Assembly: GCA_965243205.1 (NCBI GenBank)
Contig: CBDEUK010000002.1
Span: 1,536,001 to 1,600,000, forward strand
Reading direction: 5' to 3'
Length of the DNA stretch: 64,000 nt
Source of the DNA: Gammaproteobacteria bacterium
GTDB taxonomy: Bacteria > Pseudomonadota > Gammaproteobacteria > Eutrophobiales > Eutrophobiaceae
Below are positions 56,617 through 64,000 of the stretch, in pieces (within the stretch, counting starts at the first letter, position 1; every line of letters starts with the position of its first letter). Under the pieces are notes generated by a model. The model saw only the letters and a list, made by a program, of their open reading frames with translations, was not told the origin of the DNA and made no database searches. Both the position numbers and the translations under genes were made by a program.

Positions 56617-58659
56617 ATGACTATGAAACAACAAACAGCCTCTGAGAATTCTAGCGAGGCCGTGAGTCCATCACGCCAACAATTAGCCAATGCAATCCGT
56701 GCTTTGAGCATGGATGCTGTACAAAAAGCCAAATCAGGGCATCCTGGTGCACCTATGGGGATGGCCGATATAGCAGAAGTGTTATGGAATAATTTTATGC
56801 GCCATAACCCAGCTAATCCAAATTGGATTAATCGTGATCGTTTTATCATGTCAAACGGTCATGGCTCAATGTTGTTGTATTCGGTGTTACATTTAACTGG
56901 TTATGACCTTTCCATTGATGATTTAAAAAACTTTCGTCAATTGCATTCAAAAACACCTGGTCACCCTGAATACGGTTATGCTCCTGGTGTTGAAACCACA
57001 ACAGGTCCTTTAGGACAAGGTATTGCGAATGCGATTGGGATGGCGATAGCCGAACAAGTATTAGCATCAACTTATAACCGACCTGACCATAATATTATTG
57101 ATCACTATACATATGTTTCTGTGGGCGATGGCTGTTTAATGGAAGGCATCTCGCATGAAGTCTGTTCACTAGCCGGGACTTTAAAACTTGGCAAACTGAT
57201 TACGCTGTTTGATTCCAATCAAATTTCGATCGATGGTGATATCTCAGGTTGGTTTACCGATGACCATGCGAATCGCTTCCGTTCGTATGGCTGGCATGTC
57301 ATCGAAAATGTCGATGGTCATGATCCAGAAGCAATTGATCAAGCTATTAAACAAGCTCAGGCTGAAACTGATAAACCTAGTTTTATCATTATTAACACCA
57401 TTATTGGTAAAGGTTCTCCGAACAAGCAAGGTTCTGAAAGCAGCCATGGTGCACCTTTGGGCGACGATGAAATTGCTGCGACTCGTAAAGAACTCGGTTG
57501 GGAACACGCGCCTTTTGAAATTCCCGAAGATATCTATAACGGTTGGAATGCCAAACAATCTGGTCAAAAACTAGAATCTGAATGGAACGCTCAATTTATT
57601 GAGTATGAAAAAGCTCACCCAGAATTAGCAGATGAACTTACTCGAAGAATATCAGGCGAATTACCAAGTAACTGGCAACAGTCCATCGATGCTTTTATCC
57701 AACAAACCGTTGAGAAAGCAGAAAAGATTGCATCTCGTAAAGCTTCACAAAATTCATTAAATGCCATCGGCCCTGTTTTGCCAGAACTGATTGGCGGTTC
57801 AGCTGACTTAGCTGGTTCTAACTTAACGATTTGGTCAGGCTCAGAGGATATTCAAACTGAAGGCTCGAAAAACTATATTTATTATGGTGTACGCGAATTC
57901 GGCATGACTGCGATTAATAATGGTATTGCTTTACATGGTGGTTTTATCCCTTATGGTGCAACATTCTTAATGTTCTCGGAATACGCTCGAAATGCTCTGC
58001 GTATGGCGGCATTAATGAAAGTACAGAACATTAATATTTTTACTCATGACTCAATTGGTTTAGGGGAAGATGGCCCAACCCATCAACCAGTCGAACAAGC
58101 TTCTACTTTACGTTTAATGCCTAATATGTCGGTATGGCGTCCATGCGATGCCGTTGAATCTGCTGTTGCTTGGAAAGCCGCAATTGAAAATACCAAAGGT
58201 CCATCCTCACTATTATTTTCACGCCAAGGCTTGCAACATATTGAACGTACTGAACAACAAATAAATGATATTTCTAGGGGTGGCTATATTTTAATTGAAG
58301 GTACCGCTGAACCCGAGGCCATAGTGATTGCAACTGGCTCTGAAGTCGGCATGGCCTTCAACGTTGTCACACAACTTTCAGAATCTGGTCACAAGATCCG
58401 ATTAGTATCAATGCCTTCTACAGATGCATTTGATAAACAAGACTCTGAATATCGAGAATATGTCTTACCACCTGAATGCAGTAAACGCATTGCTGTCGAA
58501 GCAGGTGTCACAGATTTCTGGCGTAAATACGTCGGATTAAATGGAGCAGTTTTGGGTGTTGATACTTTTGGCGAATCAGCCCCAGCAAATGATGTATATA
58601 AACATTTTGGATTAACAGAAGAAAATTTAAGCGAATTAGTAAAATCACTGCTAGATTAA
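56617..58659 (+). CDS. tkt: transketolase
   Basis: Motifs [35 protein letters not shown] and [16 protein letters not shown]. Confidence 0.99.
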   Translation: MTMKQQTASENSSEAVSPSRQQLANAIRALSMDAVQKAKSGHPGAPMGMADIAEVLWNNFMRHNPANPNWINRDRFIMSNGHGSMLLYSVLHLTGYDLSIDDLKNFRQLHSKTPGHPEYGYAPGVETTTGPLGQGIANAIGMAIAEQVLASTYNRPDHNIIDHYTYVSVGDGCLMEGISHEVCSLAGTLKLGKLITLFDSNQISIDGDISGWFTDDHANRFRSYGWHVIENVDGHDPEAIDQAIKQAQAETDKPSFIIINTIIGKGSPNKQGSESSHGAPLGDDEIAATRKELGWEHAPFEIPEDIYNGWNAKQSGQKLESEWNAQFIEYEKAHPELADELTRRISGELPSNWQQSIDAFIQQTVEKAEKIASRKASQNSLNAIGPVLPELIGGSADLAGSNLTIWSGSEDIQTEGSKNYIYYGVREFGMTAINNGIALHGGFIPYGATFLMFSEYARNALRMAALMKVQNINIFTHDSIGLGEDGPTHQPVEQASTLRLMPNMSVWRPCDAVESAVAWKAAIENTKGPSSLLFSRQGLQHIERTEQQINDISRGGYILIEGTAEPEAIVIATGSEVGMAFNVVTQLSESGHKIRLVSMPSTDAFDKQDSEYREYVLPPECSKRIAVEAGVTDFWRKYVGLNGAVLGVDTFGESAPANDVYKHFGLTEENLSELVKSLLD

Positions 58660-58702
58660 TCTGTTTGAAATTATTAAAAAATAGATTGGAGAATAGATAA
58701 AA

Positions 58703-59713
58703 ATGGCTATTAAAATAGGCATCAATGGCTATGGCCGTATCGGTCGTAATATTTTACGTGCGTTGTATGAATCGGGCCGCACGGATGAATTTGAAATTGT
58801 AGCGATTAATGATTTAGGTGACGCAGCAACCAACGCTCACTTGACTCAGTACGATAGTGCTCACGGCAAATTTCCTGGCACTGTCAGTGTAGACGGTGAC
58901 TACATGGTAGTTAACGGCGATAAAATTCGTGTGTTGTCAGAACGTGACCCTGCAAAGTTACCTTGGGGCGAATTGGGTGTTGAAGTTGTTCATGAATCAA
59001 CTGGTTTTTTTGCTAGCAAAGAAAAAGCCTCTGCTCACTTAGCTGGCGGCGCTAAAAAAGTTATTATCTCAGCACCAGGCGGCTCTGATGTTGATGCAAC
59101 AATTGTCTATGGTGTTAATCAAAACGTATTAACTTCATCTGATACCGTTATCTCCAATGCATCATGTACTACCAACTGTTTAGCACCAGTGGTTAAAGTA
59201 CTTCACGATAATATTGGTGTCCAACATGGTGTAATGACCACTATTCATTCTTATACCAATGATCAAGTATTAACCGATGTATTTCACTCAGATTTACGTC
59301 GTGCTCGTTCTGCAACTGAGTCAATGATTCCAACCAAAACAGGGGCGGCAGCGGCAGTAGGATTGGTATTACCTGAACTAAACGGTAAGTTAGACGGTTT
59401 TGCGGTTCGCGTACCAACTATTAATGTATCAATGGTTGACTTAAGTTTTGTTGCTAATCGAGAAACAACAATTGAAGAAATCAATTCATTGATGAAAACC
59501 GCTGCTGAAGGTGAAATGAAAGGTGTGCTTGCATATAACGATGCACCGTTAGTTTCTATCGACTTTAACCACGATCCTGCTTCATCTACTTTTGATGCCG
59601 GCATGACTAAGGTAATCGATGGTACTTTAGTAAAAGTGATCGCTTGGTATGATAACGAGTGGGGCTTTTCTAATCGTATGTTGGATACCACAAAAGCATT
59701 AGTGAATGCATAA
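58703..59713 (+). CDS. gap: type I glyceraldehyde-3-phosphate dehydrogenase
   Basis: Motifs [19 protein letters not shown] and [12 protein letters not shown]. Confidence 0.95.
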   Translation: MAIKIGINGYGRIGRNILRALYESGRTDEFEIVAINDLGDAATNAHLTQYDSAHGKFPGTVSVDGDYMVVNGDKIRVLSERDPAKLPWGELGVEVVHESTGFFASKEKASAHLAGGAKKVIISAPGGSDVDATIVYGVNQNVLTSSDTVISNASCTTNCLAPVVKVLHDNIGVQHGVMTTIHSYTNDQVLTDVFHSDLRRARSATESMIPTKTGAAAAVGLVLPELNGKLDGFAVRVPTINVSMVDLSFVANRETTIEEINSLMKTAAEGEMKGVLAYNDAPLVSIDFNHDPASSTFDAGMTKVIDGTLVKVIAWYDNEWGFSNRMLDTTKALVNA

Positions 59714-59729
59714 TTTATAGGCCAACATC

Positions 59730-60935
59730 ATGTTTACTCATAGCAACAGCTTAGATTTAGGTAATAAAAAAGTTTTAATCCGCGTTGATTTCAATGTGCC
59801 TTTAAAAGATGGGGTGATTGAAGATGACACACGAATTAAAGCCTGCTTACCCATTATCAATCAGTGTTTAGAAGCTGGTGCCAAAGTAATGTTAATGTCA
59901 CATCTTGGTCGTCCAACTGAAGGCGAATATGAAGAAAAATATTCTCTTGCACCAGTCGCTAATTATTTAAGTGACCTGTTAGACCGTGATGTTGCACTTA
60001 TTAAAGACTGGTTAGATAAAGACAGCAGCACGTTTCCAGATATCGCGTTAATGGAAAATGTGCGCTTCGAAGTTGGCGAGAAGGCAAACGATGATGATCT
60101 AGCTCGGAAAATGGCTAACCTATGCGATGTCTTTATTAATGATGCATTTGCAACAGCACATCGTGCTCAAGCATCGACACATGGCGTCGCAAAATATTCT
60201 CCGCGTGCATGTGGTGGCCCGCTACTGGTCGCTGAAGTTGAAGCCTTATCCAAAGCCTTAGCAGATCCACAAAAACCTATGGTAGCAGTGGTTGGTGGCT
60301 CTAAAGTTTCAACTAAATTAACCATCCTCAGTGCTTTATCAGATAAGGTTGACCAATTAATTGTCGGTGGTGGCATCGCTAATACCTTTTTAAAAGCGGC
60401 AGGCTACAACATTGGTAAATCGTTATACGAAAAAGATTTAGTTGATGATGCTAAAGAAATCATCGAAAAAATTAAAGCCAAAGGCGGTGAGTTGCCGTTA
60501 CCTTGGGATGTGGTTTGTGCTACAGAATTTTCTGAAGAGGCCAAAGCAACAACCAAAGGTATTAATGAAGTAGAAGACGATGATTTAATTTTAGATGTAG
60601 GCCCTGAAACCAGTAAACATTTGGATAAGTTATTATCCGAAGCCAAAACCATTGTTTGGAACGGTCCATTAGGTGTTTTCGAGTTTGAACAATTTTCTGC
60701 AGGGACCAAAGCATTAGGAGAATCGATTGCAAACAGTGATGCATTCTCAATTGCAGGCGGTGGTGACACATTATCGGCGATTTCAAAATTTAATCTAACC
60801 GATCAAATTTCATATATATCTACTGCAGGCGGTGCTTTTTTAGAATTTCTAGAAGGCAAAGAACTACCAGCCATCGCTATCTTGGAAGAGTCAGCACGTG
60901 CTTGGGAAGCTATGGAACGTGCTCGAGAATATTAG
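59730..60935 (+). CDS. pgk: phosphoglycerate kinase
   Basis: Motifs [38 protein letters not shown] and GGGDT. Confidence 0.99.
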   Translation: MFTHSNSLDLGNKKVLIRVDFNVPLKDGVIEDDTRIKACLPIINQCLEAGAKVMLMSHLGRPTEGEYEEKYSLAPVANYLSDLLDRDVALIKDWLDKDSSTFPDIALMENVRFEVGEKANDDDLARKMANLCDVFINDAFATAHRAQASTHGVAKYSPRACGGPLLVAEVEALSKALADPQKPMVAVVGGSKVSTKLTILSALSDKVDQLIVGGGIANTFLKAAGYNIGKSLYEKDLVDDAKEIIEKIKAKGGELPLPWDVVCATEFSEEAKATTKGINEVEDDDLILDVGPETSKHLDKLLSEAKTIVWNGPLGVFEFEQFSAGTKALGESIANSDAFSIAGGGDTLSAISKFNLTDQISYISTAGGAFLEFLEGKELPAIAILEESARAWEAMERAREY

Positions 60936-60974
60936 TTAAGGATTATTACGTTAAGAGGTTTAATTACACTTTAA

Positions 60975-62417
60975 ATGAGAAGAACAAAAATTATTGCTAC
61001 TTTGGGACCTGCGACGGATGATCCTAAAGTATTAGAAAAGTTATTTGATTATGGTCTTGATGTTGTACGTCTAAACTATTCTCACTCTAGTCACGAAGAC
61101 CATGAACGACGTTTAAACGAAGTTCGTGCTTTATCCGAAAAACGCCATCATGCTGTTGGTGTTATTGCAGATTTACAAGGTCCTAAAATTCGTATTCAAC
61201 GTTTTGGCTCTGGAAAGATTGCTTTAAAAGAAGGCGATCCGTTTACCTTCGATATTGATCTGGCAGAAAACGATGGGGACACCGAACACGTTGGCGTTAG
61301 TTATAAAGCCCTACCAAAAGATGTAAAACCAGGCGATGTGATCTTACTCGATGATGGTCGCGTCGAAGTATTGGTCAAAGAAGTGAATGATCATGAAGTA
61401 AAATGTAATGTGATTACTGGTGGTGAGCTGTCCGACCGTAAAGGCATGAATTTACGTGGTGGGGGTTTATCTGCTGCTTCATTAACCGATAAAGACAAAG
61501 CCGATCTTAAACATGCAATTAAAATCGGTGCTGACTTTATTGCAGTATCATTCGTACGCAGTGCTGAAGACATCCATGAAGCGAGAAAACTAATCGCTGA
61601 TGAAGGTAGCTCAGCCAGCATCATCGCTAAAATCGAACGTTCCGAATCTTTAGATTGCATTGAATCGATTATAGAAGCTTCAGACGTCATCATGATTGCT
61701 CGTGGTGATTTAGGCGTAGAAATTGGCGATGCCAGTCTACCTCCAGTACAAAAACAATTGATCAAACTCGCAAGAGAAATGGATCGAGGTACGATTACCG
61801 CTACACAAATGATGGAATCTATGATTTCTTCACCAATTCCAACTCGTGCTGAGGTATTTGACGTCGCAAATGCGGTACTTGATGGTAGCGATGCGGTGAT
61901 GTTATCGGGTGAAACCAGTGTCGGTAAACATCCACACAAAGTAGTCGAAGCAATGGCTCGGATCTGTGAAGAAACTGAAAAACAACGCATGACACGAGTT
62001 TCCGACCATCGTATCAATCAACGCTTTGAATCCATTGGTGAAGCCATTGCTATGTCATCAATGTATGCAGCCAATCATATTGGTGCCAAAGCCATCGCGG
62101 CTTTGACGGAATCTGGTGCTACTTGTGTTTGGATGTCACGTATCAGCTCTGGGATTCCTATTTTTGCATTCACACGCCATGAAGCCAGTCGCCGTAAGGC
62201 AACCTTGTACCGAGGCGTTTATCCAGTAAAATTTGATATCACCCATACCGATCCACTCGAAGCCAATAAAGAAATCATTGAAATTCTAATGGAAAAGAAA
62301 GTACTCGAAGAAGGTGACGTTGTTATTATTACCAAAGGTGATTTACGTGGAACACGTGGAAAAACCAATAATATGAAGATAATTCGGGTCGGAGAAGCGA
62401 TCGAACACACACTTTGA
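60975..62417 (+). CDS. pyk: pyruvate kinase (PykA type)
   Basis: Motifs RRTKIIATLGP, DLQGPKIR, MIARGDLGVE and ATQMMESM. Confidence 0.98.
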   Translation: MRRTKIIATLGPATDDPKVLEKLFDYGLDVVRLNYSHSSHEDHERRLNEVRALSEKRHHAVGVIADLQGPKIRIQRFGSGKIALKEGDPFTFDIDLAENDGDTEHVGVSYKALPKDVKPGDVILLDDGRVEVLVKEVNDHEVKCNVITGGELSDRKGMNLRGGGLSAASLTDKDKADLKHAIKIGADFIAVSFVRSAEDIHEARKLIADEGSSASIIAKIERSESLDCIESIIEASDVIMIARGDLGVEIGDASLPPVQKQLIKLAREMDRGTITATQMMESMISSPIPTRAEVFDVANAVLDGSDAVMLSGETSVGKHPHKVVEAMARICEETEKQRMTRVSDHRINQRFESIGEAIAMSSMYAANHIGAKAIAALTESGATCVWMSRISSGIPIFAFTRHEASRRKATLYRGVYPVKFDITHTDPLEANKEIIEILMEKKVLEEGDVVIITKGDLRGTRGKTNNMKIIRVGEAIEHTL

Positions 62418-62588
62418 AGAAAAAGTCATAGAATTTAAATATTCAAATATTACAATCGTTTACTATACTGATTTAAAAAAATACTAATGCGACTAAAGGA
62501 ATAGCCAACAAACACTCCAACTAGTAATCAATCGGCGGTTTTGTTTTCCGCCCAAAGTTACATACTGATTAATTAATTGAGGAAAAAA

Positions 62589-63617
62589 ATGAGCGCGCAA
62601 GAACTTGAACAAACTGCCAAAGCAATGGTTGCTCCAGGTAAAGGTATCCTGGCTATTGATGAAAGCTTCCCAAGCATTAAGAAACGTTTTGACAGCATTA
62701 ACATTGAATCAAACGAAGAAAATCGTCGAGCCTACCGTGATTTACTAATCACTAACCCTGGTTGCTCTGAATTTGTAAGTGGCATGATCCTTTTTGATGA
62801 GACCATTCGTCAATCAACCGCAGATGGCACTCCATTCCCAAAAGCACTTATCGACCAAGGTATTATGCCAGGAATTAAAGTCGATACAGGCGCAAAAGAT
62901 TTAGCTGGCCGTCCAGGTGAAAAAGTTACTGAAGGTTTAGATGGTTTGCGTGAACGCTTAGCAGAGTATAAAGAACTCGGCGCTAAATTCGCTAAATGGC
63001 GCGCAGTTATTACCATTGGCGAAGGTATTCCTTCTCGCGGTTGTATCGAAGCCAATGCTCATGCACTAGCTCGCTACGCTGCTCTTTGCCAAGAAGCAGG
63101 TATAGTTCCAATGGTTGAGCCTGAGGTTTTAATGGATGCCGATAACACCATTGATACTTGTTATGATGTAACCAGCGCAACCTTAGAAACCTTATTCAAT
63201 CAATTACGATTACAAAATGTGGCCTTAGAACACACCATCTTAAAAACCAATATGGTTGTTTCAGGCAAACAATGTCCTAGCCAAGCTGGTGTACAAGAAG
63301 TCGCTGATAAAACCATTAAGTGTTTATTAAATTCAGTACCAGCTACTGTTCCTGGTATTGTGTTCTTATCAGGCGGCCAAGCTTCTGCTACTGCAACAGC
63401 ACACTTGAATGCTATGAACGCAACATATAAAAACTTGCCTTGGCCAGTTAGCTTTTCTTATGGACGTGCTCTACAAGAAGATTGCTTAAAAACCTGGGGC
63501 GGTGATGCAGCTAAAGTTGCAGAAGCACAAAAAGTATTATTACATCGTGAAAAATGTAATAGCCTAGCCTGCTCAGGCGATTACAGCGACTCACTAGAAA
63601 AAGTTGCTGCTGCTTAA
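62589..63617 (+). CDS. fba: class I fructose-bisphosphate aldolase
   Basis: Motifs GKGILAIDES, GIKVDTG, FAKWRAV, PMVEPEV, ILKTNMV, FLSGGQ and FSYGRALQ; ATG at 62589 follows GAGG. Confidence 0.96.
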   Translation: MSAQELEQTAKAMVAPGKGILAIDESFPSIKKRFDSINIESNEENRRAYRDLLITNPGCSEFVSGMILFDETIRQSTADGTPFPKALIDQGIMPGIKVDTGAKDLAGRPGEKVTEGLDGLRERLAEYKELGAKFAKWRAVITIGEGIPSRGCIEANAHALARYAALCQEAGIVPMVEPEVLMDADNTIDTCYDVTSATLETLFNQLRLQNVALEHTILKTNMVVSGKQCPSQAGVQEVADKTIKCLLNSVPATVPGIVFLSGGQASATATAHLNAMNATYKNLPWPVSFSYGRALQEDCLKTWGGDAAKVAEAQKVLLHREKCNSLACSGDYSDSLEKVAAA

Positions 63618-63629
63618 AACTGAATAACT

Positions 63630-63774
63630 CAAGGAAACACTGAAAACGTTATCGAGGCAGTTAATAAGAGGCAAACAGCTACGAAAAGAGGGAGTTTATA
63701 AATTATAAATGACCGATTTTGAGTAGATGTTTAACGAAGTAATGACAACGTAGATAGTTTTCTGTGTTTTTTTG
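63630..63774. repeat. MITE-like ~145-bp palindromic intergenic element
   Basis: Imperfect terminal inverted repeats CAAGGAAACACTGAAAAC / GTTTTCTGTGTTTTTTTG with nested internal stems (AAACA/TGTTT, CTAC/GTAG, TTTATA/TATAAA). Confidence 0.55.
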
Positions 63775-63793
63775 TTATAGTTAAATTCTTAGG

Positions 63794-63821
63794 ATGCCCT
63801 GCTTAGCCAGGGCATTTTTTT
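63794..63821 (+). terminator. rho-independent terminator
   Basis: ATGCCCTG-CTTAGC-CAGGGCAT followed by a T-tract. Confidence 0.8.
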
Positions 63822-63843
63822 GTTTGATATGTGGGGATGTTAA

Positions 63844-64000
63844 ATGTCTGATAATCTGAATAACCTTTCTGAACAAGCTCAAGCTGCCTTAGAAGCGTAT
63901 AAAAAAATGTCAGAAAGTAAGCGAGCTTACTTTTCTGTTTTACAAGCAATCGACGTTAAGTATAAAGATGGCGGCAATGCCACTGAAGAAGAAGAAAAAA
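63844..64000 (+). CDS. hypothetical protein, runs off window
   Basis: ATG after GGGGA; open frame MSDNLNNLSEQAQAALEAYKKMSESKRAYFSVLQAIDVKYKDGGNATEEEEK. Confidence 0.6.
   Translation, partial: MSDNLNNLSEQAQAALEAYKKMSESKRAYFSVLQAIDVKYKDGGNATEEEEK

Noticed and set aside
58703-59713. Erythrose-4-phosphate dehydrogenase (epd), suggested by tkt-x-pgk synteny
   Set aside because: [12 protein letters not shown] and HSYTNDQ fit GAPDH better, so it was called gap.
61391-62017. 208-aa minus-strand ORF
   Set aside because: It is an antisense shadow of pyk, as is common for highly expressed genes.
1-64000. CRISPR array, prophage, transposase or defence island
   Set aside because: No regularly spaced repeats and no cas, phage, integrase or transposase motifs were seen. 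The lone TerB-family gene is a common stand-alone type.

Overview
This is an AT-rich gammaproteobacterial chromosomal segment, mostly housekeeping genes: argS-SPOR, thiS-thiG-trmB, yrfG/cysQ, tRNA-Phe, yggX-mutY-asmA-argH, algZ/fimS-algR, gshA-rsmE, rsd, the methyl cycle (metK, SAH riboswitch-ahcY-metF, metR/metE) and tkt-gap-pgk-pyk-class I fba. Two accessory blocks stand out. (1) 4.58-10.75 kb: a NarL-family regulator, TonB-dependent receptor, orphan periplasmic binding protein and BarA/GacS-like hybrid kinase, with a divergent unannotated ~145-nt GGA-rich structured RNA candidate that has its own promoter, adjacent regulator box and terminator. This is a candidate trans-envelope signalling module with an Rsm/Csr-type or base-pairing sRNA output. 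(2) 27.1-48.4 kb: an MSHA/T2SS-like type IV filament locus carrying PilGHI/Xap-like ABC accessory genes, a PrsK/PrsR-like sigma54 two-component pair, a sigma54 promoter with IHF site and upstream enhancer before the major pilin, an embedded adenylate cyclase and a c-di-GMP-binding MshEN ATPase. I saw no CRISPR array, prophage or transposase; one MITE-like palindromic element follows fba. All calls are by-eye motif recognition; no database searches or folding programs were run.
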